A stretch of DNA of 64,000 nucleotides from Salinispira sp. GTDB taxonomy: Bacteria; Spirochaetota; Spirochaetia; DSM-27196; Salinispiraceae. A model generated the notes under the pieces. That model had not been told where the DNA came from. It searched no databases and saw only the letters and a list, made by a program, of their open reading frames with translations. The stretch covers positions 288,001 through 352,000 of the forward strand of contig OZ271918.1 of NCBI GenBank assembly GCA_965602015.1, given 5' to 3'. Position 1 is the first letter of the stretch, and every line of letters begins with the position of its first letter. A program made the position numbers and the translations under genes. Shown piece by piece: positions 40,414 to 50,021 of this stretch.

Positions 40414-41577
40414 GTGAAAAGCAGTCAAAGCATAAGCATCGCCCACGCCCGCCGCATCATCCTTGAAGACTATCGCCGCCGCCGCAGCGCAGAGATGGAC
40501 CGAGGGCCCGATTCGGCCCAGCGGGCTCTCGAAGAGTCGGGGTACATTCAGATCGACACGATATCGCGGATAATCCGTGCCCATCACCACAGCTTTTACA
40601 ACAGAAGTGAGCATTACCAGCCGACGGATCTCGATGAGGCCCAGCGACGGGGCGGAGTATTTGAATACTGGTCACATGCGGCGGCTTACCTGCCCATGAG
40701 CAGTTACCGCTACTGTCTTCCTCGAATGGAGCGGATGCGCAGGGGCGGCGGGTACGGTCCAAACGCCGATGCCGCTCTGGCAGATGAAGTCCTGAGACGG
40801 ATCCGCACCGAGGGGCCCCTGATGAGCAAGGATTTCGCCCATTCCACACGGCCCGGTGGCGGCTGGTGGGACTGGAAGCCCGCCAAAATCGCGTTGGAAC
40901 ATCTGTTTCACCGTGGTCAGCTGGTAATCGCCGGCCGGAAGAATTTCCAAAAACAGTACGCCCTGCCGGAGCAGGTATTACCCGCAGACCTGGATACTTC
41001 CCCGCCGAGCCGGGAGGAAATGGCGGATTATCTCATCGATCTGACACTGCGCAATCAGCTTTTCAGCCGGGGGAAGTATCTGCGCTCCCAGCACAGGGAC
41101 GGGGCTGAGGGAATCCCCCAGGCGGTGAACCGTCAGCTTGAGGAGGGACTGCTCGTTGCCGTCGACATAGAAGACCGGGGCCTGTGGTACTGCCGTCCCC
41201 AAACCCTGGAGCAGAGTGCTCACCCAGACCACATGTGGGCCCGAATTGTTTCGCCCTTTGACGGTTTGGTAATCCAGAGGGCCTGGATTGCGGAACTTTT
41301 TGATTTTACCTACCAAATCGAGTGCTATGTCCCCGCGGCCAAGCGGCGCTACGGATATTTCACCCTGCCCATTATTGGACCACGGGGTTTTGCGGGTCTC
41401 CTGGATGCCAAGGCCGAACGCAAGAACCGGGTTTTTAATGTCATCTCCCTATACCTCAAGGCCTCTAAGCAAAATGACCCGGAGTTCCGAATTGCTCTTG
41501 ATAAGGAGATCGAGCGGTTTGCTGCCTTTAACGGTTGCGAGACAGTAGAGTGTGAATCGGTCCTGCCCTACGAATGA
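40414..41577 (+). CDS. Winged-helix YcaQ/AlkZ (HTH_42) DNA glycosylase family protein
   Basis: QIDTI, FEYWSHAA, GWWDWKPAK, SPFDGL, IECYVPAAKRRYGYF. Confidence 0.9.
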   Translation: MKSSQSISIAHARRIILEDYRRRRSAEMDRGPDSAQRALEESGYIQIDTISRIIRAHHHSFYNRSEHYQPTDLDEAQRRGGVFEYWSHAAAYLPMSSYRYCLPRMERMRRGGGYGPNADAALADEVLRRIRTEGPLMSKDFAHSTRPGGGWWDWKPAKIALEHLFHRGQLVIAGRKNFQKQYALPEQVLPADLDTSPPSREEMADYLIDLTLRNQLFSRGKYLRSQHRDGAEGIPQAVNRQLEEGLLVAVDIEDRGLWYCRPQTLEQSAHPDHMWARIVSPFDGLVIQRAWIAELFDFTYQIECYVPAAKRRYGYFTLPIIGPRGFAGLLDAKAERKNRVFNVISLYLKASKQNDPEFRIALDKEIERFAAFNGCETVECESVLPYE

Positions 41578-43310
41578 GCATGATCCCGGTTTTCCTCGTA
41601 GAGCCGATTAAAATCATCCTGCAAATCGAGGAAGCACCGGTATATCTCCGTTCCGAAATGCTCCTCCCCGCTGAGGCCGCTGCGGTCGTCGTGGCGCAAA
41701 ATGGCGAGGCTCTTTTTATGGCTGAACTCGTCCTTGTATTGCCGGGAAGCCCTCAGGGCGTCGTATTTATCGGCTATAGCCACAATCATGGCTTCTTTCG
41801 GGATTTCATTGCCCCGCAGCGGTCTGTTTTCCATATAGGCTGGATCGCGGGGATCGCCGATGAGCCGAACACTGCCGTCCGGCGCCATGATTCTGGGGTA
41901 GCCGGTTCCCGCCCAGGTCTGGTGGTGATTGAGGGCAATCTGGTAGGCCATTTTTAAGCGGGGGTCCGGATCCTCTTCATATGCCATCATTTGATCGAGA
42001 ATTCTGGCGCCGTAGACCGGGTGCATCTCCATCTGAAGCCGCTCTTTATCGGTGAGCTTCCTGGGGAGCTTGATAATATGGGGAATCGCCACCTTACCGA
42101 TATCGTGAATGGCCGCCACCTGTCCAATGCTCCGAATGGCCCGTTGATCCATGCCCAGGTTTTTCGCCATAAGCTCGGAGTATAGGTTCACCCTGAAGAT
42201 ATGCCTGCCGGTAATTTCATCGGAAAACTCACTGGCGGCGCAGAGTCCCATGATGCTCTGGACGAATTTTCTGTCATTTTTTATAACCAGCTGCGTGAGG
42301 GAGTTCGTCGCCCGTGCGGTGTTTACTGCTGTCTTGATAAAAACCCGGTCGTAATCCTCGATTGCCGGCAGGCGGTTGAACGCGATGAGGGATATGGGCC
42401 CCTCGTGGTAGCTAATAAAATTATGAACCGGCTCTCCAAGGAAGTCTCGAACCGAGGGAGTAAAAGAGAAATTTTCGCAAAACTGCTCCTGGCTGGAGAA
42501 TTCTTCCTGGGAGGAGGTGAACATAGCAAAGGTCTTTCTTGATAGCAGCAAGGGGTCTGCGGATTCTCCGGCCACCTGTATGGCTTTCGAATGAAGGGCA
42601 TCGTTTTCTCCGGGGCCGTATATTCTCCCGGAATGCATTCCGTCACCGTTTTCCAGGGTGATGACCACCGCCTTAAAATCGTCACCCAAAATAAGCCGGG
42701 CCAACCTGGCGAAACTGTCTCCCTCAGCCGCAAGCTCCTCCACCGAGCTGAGTATCTCGCTACTGAAACTTCGAAGACTCTGAAGGCTGGCATCGAGATG
42801 TTTCCGGGTGCTGATATCGTCGAACCAGACCAGGTATTCTCCCCGGGCCGCAGGTTTGCTTACCGTCACCGCATACCATCTATCGAGCACCGGCGAATGA
42901 CATTCATGTACGTAGCGCTCGCTCGCCTCCTGGGCATTGAGCATCAGTTCGGCAAAGTGATCCTTACAGGCCAGGTCAGTCATCCTCTTCACGCCGTGTT
43001 CTTCGAAAAGGCGGGCGGTGTTGCCCGTAGCGGCCAGAATCCGGCCCTCATCGTCCATAACGAATGCCGGGTCCCTTCGCTCCCGCGGAAGCTGGACCAG
43101 CAGATCCCGCTGGCGGTTTCGAAACTTTACGGCGGATTTGGAAAAGGCCTGGACCAGGACCGGAACCAAAAAGGGTGCGGCGGAGGAAAAGGCGGATCCT
43201 GATTGGAGTACGTTAAGGGAGATGCCCACCGCCCCAGCCAACAGGTAATTGAGGGGATCGGCGAACTCTTTGAGGACGAAGCGGCAGTAGATAAGGAATC
43301 GTGATTTCAT
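41568..43310 (-). CDS. HD-GYP domain phosphodiesterase with N-terminal membrane/PAS-like region
   Basis: TGRHIFRV, HDIGK, HPVYGA, HHQTWAGTGYP, ADKYDALR..RQYK. Confidence 0.88.
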   Translation of the reverse strand: MKSRFLIYCRFVLKEFADPLNYLLAGAVGISLNVLQSGSAFSSAAPFLVPVLVQAFSKSAVKFRNRQRDLLVQLPRERRDPAFVMDDEGRILAATGNTARLFEEHGVKRMTDLACKDHFAELMLNAQEASERYVHECHSPVLDRWYAVTVSKPAARGEYLVWFDDISTRKHLDASLQSLRSFSSEILSSVEELAAEGDSFARLARLILGDDFKAVVITLENGDGMHSGRIYGPGENDALHSKAIQVAGESADPLLLSRKTFAMFTSSQEEFSSQEQFCENFSFTPSVRDFLGEPVHNFISYHEGPISLIAFNRLPAIEDYDRVFIKTAVNTARATNSLTQLVIKNDRKFVQSIMGLCAASEFSDEITGRHIFRVNLYSELMAKNLGMDQRAIRSIGQVAAIHDIGKVAIPHIIKLPRKLTDKERLQMEMHPVYGARILDQMMAYEEDPDPRLKMAYQIALNHHQTWAGTGYPRIMAPDGSVRLIGDPRDPAYMENRPLRGNEIPKEAMIVAIADKYDALRASRQYKDEFSHKKSLAILRHDDRSGLSGEEHFGTEIYRCFLDLQDDFNRLYEENRDHAHS

Positions 43311-43394
43311 CTACCTGCTACTATGACCTCAGCCAGTCATTCCGTCAAATTCGGGATGTAGTTTTCGGGGCATATCTGAAAGCGGTGCCTCCCC

Positions 43395-43547
43395 GCAAGA
43401 GTTTTCAATGTTCTATTACAAAAATTCTGCAAATCGGTTTTGTCCGAGTCATATCTCCGCCATCCACGTGGCATGAAAATGTCTTTCCAGGGGTGTCGCA
43501 ATCACTTTGCACAGCCTCGTATTCGCGCTGTAGCCCCAAAAACGCGC
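43395..43547 (-). ncRNA. Putative bridge/seek RNA of the IS110/IS1111 element
   Basis: Non-coding region between the transposase stop and the right IR. It holds target-matching segments (43533-43543, 43503-43507) and donor-junction-matching segments (43469-43478, 43449-43456), with an ACAGC/GCUGU stem between the target segments. Boundaries are approximate. Confidence 0.72.
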
Positions 43548-44600
43548 TTACCCCTGTCTGGACAAACCCGCTAATGCAGGATCTTTGTAATGCTGTTCTT
43601 TCTGCAATATCCAAAATATTGCTTCTGCTAAGTGCCGTGCCACAGAGATTATAGCAACCTTATGATTTCGTTTAGTACGAACTCTCTTGTAGAGTTTTAC
43701 CGTATGTCGGTTCGCCCAATTTCTTTGATTAAGACAGGTTACATTAGCTGCTTCAGTAAGTGCCCACTTCAAGTATCGATTACATGCTTTCGATGTTCGA
43801 CCATAATGAGTTTTACCTCCGCTCGAGTGAACGCGCGGCGTTGTACCACAGTATGATGCAAAATGTTCAGCGGTCTTAAAGCGATGTATGTCTCCAATTT
43901 CATGCACAATGACTGCGCTGAGAATAAATCCGATCCCGGGAATGGATTTCACCAACTTCATTTCAGCATTTTCATCAAACGCTTCATGCATTCGTTGTTC
44001 GCAGTCGGTGATAGATTGCTTAATAAACGCGAGATTATCGAGCTTGAGTTTCATCATGGTGCGGGTATGCTCGGGGAGTTTTGGCATTACCTTCTTCATG
44101 GCTTCTGTACCTGCTTTTCCGAACAGATCGCTCACATCATTGAATCGAAACCCATATTTCTCGAACCCGGCATGAATTTGGTTCTTTTCACGTATCAACT
44201 CCTGAACGAACTGCATCCGGGTTCGATAGAGTTCTCGTTTATCACGTAATTCTCCTGGTGGAATCCACACAGTAGGCAGTGTGCCTGTTTTTTGAAGTTT
44301 ATTGAGACCTTCAGCATCGAGTTTGTCAGTTTTGTTAAACATGGCCATCATCAATTTTGACTTACCGGCATGAACCAGCAAGGGGTTCATGCCGGCCTCC
44401 TCAATCTCATCCACGATCCAGTACCAACTTCCGATCGTTTCAAGTGCGACTTCCTGTCCCGGCTCAAATTGTTGGAGGAAATCACGAATACACCCGTGAG
44501 AATGTTCTATGCGCTGTGAGGATTTCCTTCCTTTTTCGTCCTCAATTGCAGCCACGGTATACCGTTTATGGCTGTCGAGGGATATAATAATACTACTCAT
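43548..44600 (-). CDS. IS110-family DEDD recombinase/transposase
   Basis: ISLDSHK, VALETIG, KTDKLDA (DEDD RuvC-like); SIPGIG....A.I..EIGDI.RF....FASYCG.TP..HSSGGK (Tnp20 domain); GGAGGAGG RBS. Confidence 0.95.
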   Translation of the reverse strand: MSSIIISLDSHKRYTVAAIEDEKGRKSSQRIEHSHGCIRDFLQQFEPGQEVALETIGSWYWIVDEIEEAGMNPLLVHAGKSKLMMAMFNKTDKLDAEGLNKLQKTGTLPTVWIPPGELRDKRELYRTRMQFVQELIREKNQIHAGFEKYGFRFNDVSDLFGKAGTEAMKKVMPKLPEHTRTMMKLKLDNLAFIKQSITDCEQRMHEAFDENAEMKLVKSIPGIGFILSAVIVHEIGDIHRFKTAEHFASYCGTTPRVHSSGGKTHYGRTSKACNRYLKWALTEAANVTCLNQRNWANRHTVKLYKRVRTKRNHKVAIISVARHLAEAIFWILQKEQHYKDPALAGLSRQG

Positions 44601-44707
44601 TTGGTTGTCCTCCTCCGGTATTTAATATAGACCCTGACTGGCAGGATCTCGGGGGAGGCACCGCTTTCATACCATCACTATCTAATTTTATATTCGCACG
44701 GGCTTTA

Positions 44708-45781
44708 CTACTCGATATTCTGCCGGCTTACCACCGGTTGGGCGTAGAGTTCGAGGATTTTTTCCCGGATTTCCGGTCTCAGGTCGTGAAGTTTTTGGGC
44801 TATCCAGGCACCGCCGGAGCTCATTTTCTGCCCCAGCTCATCAAGGCGGTTGCTGAATCCGTCTCCCACCATACCCAGCAGACTCGCCGCATGAATATTT
44901 GATTCCCAAAGCCGGACGCCCTGTATGATTCTCCTGTCCAGGAGTTTCACCAGCTCGCTGCGCTTTGACGCCCGGACCGCCGGAGATAGATGAATGTGAA
45001 TCCGGCGCTTTTTCTGCGTCAATTCCTGGACAACCTGGCTGCTGTCCCGGCGCTCGTCGCTCTTGTCGAGCTTACCCAATCGGTCTTCCACAAGCAGGGT
45101 ATCGAGGGGAATTTCTTCGTAGCTGATGGAAACCGGAATGACATCGACCTCATTGGTAAACTCTTCCCAGCTTTTGTCGCGATGAGCCATTTTTATCATG
45201 GCGGGCACCGCGGAGTCGGTGACATCCCGGCCGTCTTTTGCACGGCCGTTGCGTTGGGCTATCCACACTGACTTTCCCTTGTCGGTGAGGGAACGGATAT
45301 AGCCCGAGAGTTTTTCCGCGGCTTCCAGCTTCTCCTCAATGTCGGGAACCTCCCGCCTGACGATAAACCCCCGGTTGAGGCGGATGAGGTGTCCCAGCCA
45401 GGGGGTCTTCAGGAGATTGTCCCCGGCGGCGTTATATGCGGTTTCGCCGCTGTGACGGTATAGCATGTGGTTGAACAAAATCGGATCCAGCGATGTGCTG
45501 CGGTGTGTCGATATATAAATCGCCGGTCTGTTACGGGGAATGTTTTCCAGCCCTGAATAGCTGATACCCTCGGTGCTGTGATCAATAATAAAATCCACGA
45601 GACGGGCCATAGTGCGCCGAAACTGTTTCCAGCTCAGGATGAACATAAGCTTTGCCTGTATGCGTCCGATGCGCCCGCCGGCCCGGTCAAGAAGGGACTG
45701 AAAATGGGGGTCTTTGCGTATCATCCTCCAATAACGGCGGAAGGTTCTTCTGGGATATGCCTGTATATCGTCAAACTTCAT
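44708..45781 (-). CDS. Glycerol-3-phosphate / phospholipid acyltransferase family protein
   Basis: STHRSTSLD, AGDNL, GFIVRR, WIAQRNGRAKDG, PVSISYE. Confidence 0.85.
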   Translation of the reverse strand: MKFDDIQAYPRRTFRRYWRMIRKDPHFQSLLDRAGGRIGRIQAKLMFILSWKQFRRTMARLVDFIIDHSTEGISYSGLENIPRNRPAIYISTHRSTSLDPILFNHMLYRHSGETAYNAAGDNLLKTPWLGHLIRLNRGFIVRREVPDIEEKLEAAEKLSGYIRSLTDKGKSVWIAQRNGRAKDGRDVTDSAVPAMIKMAHRDKSWEEFTNEVDVIPVSISYEEIPLDTLLVEDRLGKLDKSDERRDSSQVVQELTQKKRRIHIHLSPAVRASKRSELVKLLDRRIIQGVRLWESNIHAASLLGMVGDGFSNRLDELGQKMSSGGAWIAQKLHDLRPEIREKILELYAQPVVSRQNIE

Positions 45782-45929
45782 AAACGCTGTGCTCCTGTTT
45801 TTAAAAGCGAATCGCGTTCAATAATACTGATGTTGGCATAAATATACAATGCAAATCCCCGCGTCTCAAGGAGCCGGGAATTTGCCTTCTGTGATGCCTT
45901 AGCCTATAGTTGCTATCGGAGGATAGTAG

Positions 45930-47633
45930 GTGAAACAGGCTATGAACCGCGTTGTGGTCTTCCGAATCCTTGTCACCGCGGTAGTTCTGATGTCTTCGTT
46001 TTCTCTCTCGGCCCAGGATGGACTCGGATTGGTGCGGATCGGCGTGTATCAGAACCCTCCAAAAATTACCGTTTCTCCCGAGGGCGGCTGGCCCGGCGGA
46101 CTGCACGGCGAAATCCTTACTCTATTTGATCAATACCTGGACTGGAATCCGGTTTTTATTAGCGGTGAATGGAACGAGTTGCTCGATCTTCTCGAAGCGA
46201 GGGAAATCGACATGCTGGTCGATGTAGCCCGCAGCGATGAACGGGAGGAGAAATACTTCTTTAACGGGGAGAGCGTCCTGGTAAACTGGGGAGTGGTGTA
46301 TTCCCGCCCGGAAAATCCTATCCGGAGTTTTTATGATCTGGAAGGGCTAAGGGTTGCCAGCATGGATGAGTCGGTGCACACCGATTCTTCTGCGGGAATC
46401 CGCAGCCTGCTTGAGCAGTTTTCCATCGACGCCAGCATCATTCTCACTCCGGACTACGAAGAGGCGTTCGCCCTGGTTGCCGACGGGCAGGCCGATGCCG
46501 CAGTGGCAAACCGGCTGTTCGGCATCACCCGGGCTGCGGAGTACGATCTTGTCAGAACCGATGTGAACTTCAACCCCCGCAGCATTTACTATGCCTTCCC
46601 CAGGCATCCGGATTCTGCGGCCTTGATTCGGGAGATCGATGATGTTCTTTCCATGCTCAAGAGAGACCGTAGTTCCCGGTTCTTTGAAATAATCGACAGC
46701 TATGCAATGGGACCGGTAGCCACCCGTGAAGTAACTCCTCCTTGGCTCGCTCCCCTGCTACTCAGCGCGCTGGTGATAATAGGCGGATATTCGGTGCTTA
46801 CGGCGATAGTCATCCGCGAAGTGGGTCAGCGCCGCCGCAGCGAAAAAAACCTCAGGGCATATCAGGATCGGCTTATTTATATGGCGAAACACGAGTATCT
46901 CAACACCTTGGTCGCCGACCTGGGTCATCAGCTGAACACCCCCTTGGGTGTGTTGACCACCGCGGTGAGCGGAGCCCAGGACCTTTTGGCACCGGCCAAA
47001 GTCCCCCCGGCAGGCGATGCACCGGCCGTCAGCCCGGCAAATAAAGAAGTGGGGGAGTACCTCGAGCTGGCCCGGGATTCGGTTGAACGGATGAACCGGA
47101 TCGTCGGCGCATTTCGGGAGTTATCAGATCAGGACGCCAAGGATTCGGCCGCGCCGGGAGAACTGACCGAAATTGTCGAGGCGATCATCCTACTTCACCG
47201 TCAGACCCTGGAAGCTGCGGGTATACAGCTTGAGATTAATCTGGAACCCGGGCTCTCCTGGCAAGTAGAGCGTCGCCCGCTGCTGACAGTCCTGAACCAG
47301 ATGGTTACCAACTCAACGGAACACGGCGGTCCCGGAATGAACAGGATTAAGATCGATATGACAAGCGTCGTCGGCGACGGCTCATCCCGCCGGCAAGCAA
47401 CCCGCGTGCTTCGTATCCGGTACAGAGATAACGGATTAGGTGTCCCCCCCGAGCTTAGCGGCAGGCTATTCCTGCCTTTTTCAAGCATGAGCCGGAATGG
47501 AGAACATCTCGGACTGGGGCTACATATCGCTCAGCTGCTGGTACACCGCCGCCTTGGCGGTGAAATCCGATATATCCAGTGTGATTCTGGCTGCGAGTTC
47601 CTCATTACTATAGATCCGGGTTTAAAAACCTGA
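45930..47633 (+). CDS. Sensor histidine kinase with periplasmic substrate-binding (SBP_bac_3) domain
   Basis: RIGVYQNPPK...RSDEREEKYFF; TM; DLGHQLNTPLG; DNGLGV; GLGLGL. Confidence 0.85.
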   Translation: MKQAMNRVVVFRILVTAVVLMSSFSLSAQDGLGLVRIGVYQNPPKITVSPEGGWPGGLHGEILTLFDQYLDWNPVFISGEWNELLDLLEAREIDMLVDVARSDEREEKYFFNGESVLVNWGVVYSRPENPIRSFYDLEGLRVASMDESVHTDSSAGIRSLLEQFSIDASIILTPDYEEAFALVADGQADAAVANRLFGITRAAEYDLVRTDVNFNPRSIYYAFPRHPDSAALIREIDDVLSMLKRDRSSRFFEIIDSYAMGPVATREVTPPWLAPLLLSALVIIGGYSVLTAIVIREVGQRRRSEKNLRAYQDRLIYMAKHEYLNTLVADLGHQLNTPLGVLTTAVSGAQDLLAPAKVPPAGDAPAVSPANKEVGEYLELARDSVERMNRIVGAFRELSDQDAKDSAAPGELTEIVEAIILLHRQTLEAAGIQLEINLEPGLSWQVERRPLLTVLNQMVTNSTEHGGPGMNRIKIDMTSVVGDGSSRRQATRVLRIRYRDNGLGVPPELSGRLFLPFSSMSRNGEHLGLGLHIAQLLVHRRLGGEIRYIQCDSGCEFLITIDPGLKT

Positions 47634-47873
47634 ACCATTTGCGGAAACAGAAGGGTTTCCCGGTATTTTGCGGAAAACATGAGCCTTTCGTTTGGAGCCC
47701 CGGTCATTCTGGGATATATTAAAGACAGAGACCGGCGGATCGCTCTTGTTACTCCACGTATGATTCCCAAATATGCTTTTTTCCGGCGCGGAAACTTTTT
47801 TTTCGGAAATCCTTGGGCTATAATAGCCAAATAACCGATGAAATCACTCAAGATTATTGTAAAGAGGTTGGGT

Positions 47874-49964
47874 ATGAAAAGACTGCGTATTGTCGGACTG
47901 CTGCTTTTTGCGGCACTTTTTATTTTGAGCTCCTGTGACGTTTTGGGAACCATCGATGATGTGGTTAACGAACCCCCGGTTCCCGATGCGGGAGGCGATC
48001 AGAGCGTACTTGTGGGAACATTGGTCGAGCTCAATGCGTCGGCGTCAAGCGACCCCGATAACGACAGCTTGAGTTTTTCCTGGAACCTTATTCCCCCGGC
48101 AGGTTCGAGCATAGTGCTATCAAACAGCAACCTGTTTTTTACCAGCTTCACCCCTGATGTTGCGGGTACGTATCTTGTAGAACTGACGGTGAGCGACGGT
48201 TTCGACGAAGCCCAGGCCCGGGCCATCATTCGGGCCGAGGCGGCCAATGACAACCAGGCGCCCGTCGGAACATTCGACGTGGAAAACAGCACCACCCGGG
48301 GAACCATCGACCTTGCCACAGACAATGAGGTTACCCTGAATTTCATCGCCACCGCCGTCGATGCCGACGGCACAATTGCCAATTACATCTGGGACTTCGG
48401 CGACGGCTCGCCAGCGTTCACCGAAACAAGCGGAAGCGTTGATCATACCTACAGCGCCAACGAAGTTGGCGAACTGGTGTTTGACCTTTCGGTAATTGTG
48501 GAAGACGACGGCGGGTCACGGTCGACTATCGGCAACACCCCCGATGTGGTCATCAGCGTAATCAACAGCGATCCGGCTCCTATTGCCCAATTCAGCTATG
48601 CCCCCAACACCGTAAAAGTCGGAGACGTGGTGAGCTTTACCGACGGAAGTCAGGTCCTCGACCAGGACGGCGTCAATGACAGGCAGTCCACCAGTTGGGA
48701 TTTCGGCGACGGGCTGGGCTCTTCCGTTCTTGAAGACCCGATCTATACCTACGCCGCCGCCGGCAGCTACACCGTGACGCTTACAGTCACCGATGTCGAC
48801 GGCCTGAGCGACAGCTTCAGCAAAACCGTAGTGGTCAGCGCAATTGGTGAGAACCCCCCACCGGTCGCCGCCTTCGATTTTAGCCCGACAAAGGTTGACC
48901 TCGCCGTCAGCGGGGTTGTGGATTTCTTCGACAAGTCCTCCCTCGAGGATGCCGCCGGTCTGCCTGATGCGGACAGTTATTTATGGGACTTTGGCGACGG
49001 GTCTACTTCCGCCGTACAGGGAGATGTGAGTCATACGTATGACGCCGTCGGAGTGTACACCGTAACCCTTAGGGTAACCGATAACGATAACCTCAGCGAC
49101 GAGTACAGTGTAAATATTCAGGTGGTCAACTCCGATCCACCGCCAAAAGCTTCCTTCGAACCGAGTCTCAAAGAGGCCGATGCGGGTACCTTTATAAAGT
49201 TCACCGATTACTCCGAGTCGGTCGATCAAAACAATGTCTCGGATGTAGCCGCCTATGAATGGCGGATAATCAATGCCGCAACCGATGTTGAGATTTTTTC
49301 ATCCGCCGATATCGGCAGTATTGAGTATCAGTTCAATAATCCCGGAGTCTATGCGGTAGTCCTCACCGTCACCGATACCGACGGACTTTCTGACAGTTTC
49401 GATACCAAAATCACCATTTCCGGCACCGGAGGTGTCAGCGCCGAAATAAATCCGGCGATCGACCTGTTCATGGATAACCGTGGCAATGCCGAGGACGGTA
49501 ATAAGGATATTGTTATCGGCATCGGCCGTGACAAGCGCTACGCAGCGGTGTTCCAGTTCGACCATCGAGAAATAGAGGAAAGACTGAGCGGTTCCGAACT
49601 TCTCGGGGCGCAGCTGTTCTTCGACTACTTCAGGATGAGCGAAAAAGACGGGGAATGGCCGCGCCTGGCCGTCGTGTTGAAGGCCATCCCTGAAGGATAC
49701 GAGTGGGATTCCCAGCGTCCGCCTCGCTATGAAGATATCGTGAATAAGAATTTCAGCGAGTTCACCTTCGAATTCCAGCTCAACGACCGTAAAACCGCCG
49801 GTCCGGTTAACATAACCCAGTTGGTAATAGATTGGCTCAAGGATCCTGGATTCAACAATGGTTTTGTGCTCTATGCCATCGATCAGAGCATTCAGGACCG
49901 ATTCGCCATTCTTAACAGCATCGAAGCGGAACAGCCGGGTATCCGACTTGAGTTTGAGTTTTAA
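47874..49964 (+). CDS. PKD-repeat surface lipoprotein with C-terminal DNRLRE/CBM-like domain
   Basis: Lipobox LSSC; about five Ig/PKD-like units (WDFGDG x3, YTVTLTVTD); C-terminal NITQLV.DW...NNGF.L. Confidence 0.82.
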   Translation: MKRLRIVGLLLFAALFILSSCDVLGTIDDVVNEPPVPDAGGDQSVLVGTLVELNASASSDPDNDSLSFSWNLIPPAGSSIVLSNSNLFFTSFTPDVAGTYLVELTVSDGFDEAQARAIIRAEAANDNQAPVGTFDVENSTTRGTIDLATDNEVTLNFIATAVDADGTIANYIWDFGDGSPAFTETSGSVDHTYSANEVGELVFDLSVIVEDDGGSRSTIGNTPDVVISVINSDPAPIAQFSYAPNTVKVGDVVSFTDGSQVLDQDGVNDRQSTSWDFGDGLGSSVLEDPIYTYAAAGSYTVTLTVTDVDGLSDSFSKTVVVSAIGENPPPVAAFDFSPTKVDLAVSGVVDFFDKSSLEDAAGLPDADSYLWDFGDGSTSAVQGDVSHTYDAVGVYTVTLRVTDNDNLSDEYSVNIQVVNSDPPPKASFEPSLKEADAGTFIKFTDYSESVDQNNVSDVAAYEWRIINAATDVEIFSSADIGSIEYQFNNPGVYAVVLTVTDTDGLSDSFDTKITISGTGGVSAEINPAIDLFMDNRGNAEDGNKDIVIGIGRDKRYAAVFQFDHREIEERLSGSELLGAQLFFDYFRMSEKDGEWPRLAVVLKAIPEGYEWDSQRPPRYEDIVNKNFSEFTFEFQLNDRKTAGPVNITQLVIDWLKDPGFNNGFVLYAIDQSIQDRFAILNSIEAEQPGIRLEFEF

Positions 49965-49992
49965 TTTCGACGCTGCCGCAAAGCGTAATTTC

Positions 49993-50021
49993 ACCCGGGG
50001 CAATACGCCCCGGGTTTTTTT
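49993..50021 (+). terminator. Rho-independent terminator
   Basis: ACCCGGGGC-aatac-GCCCCGGGT followed by a T run, after the PKD gene. Confidence 0.85.

Larger units (their letters stand above)
43373..44677 (-). mobile_element. IS110-family insertion sequence, IS1111-type (subterminal IRs, downstream non-coding region)
   Basis: Perfect 18-bp inverted repeat TGAAAGCGGTGCCTCCCC at 43377-43394 and 44652-44669; CA/TG core dinucleotide at both junctions (43371-43372, 44676-44677); AT-richer than its neighbours. Confidence 0.88.

Noticed and set aside
43533..43543. GCCCCAAAAAC as another genomic repeat copy
   Set aside because: It lies inside the IS110 non-coding region and is better explained as the target guide segment.
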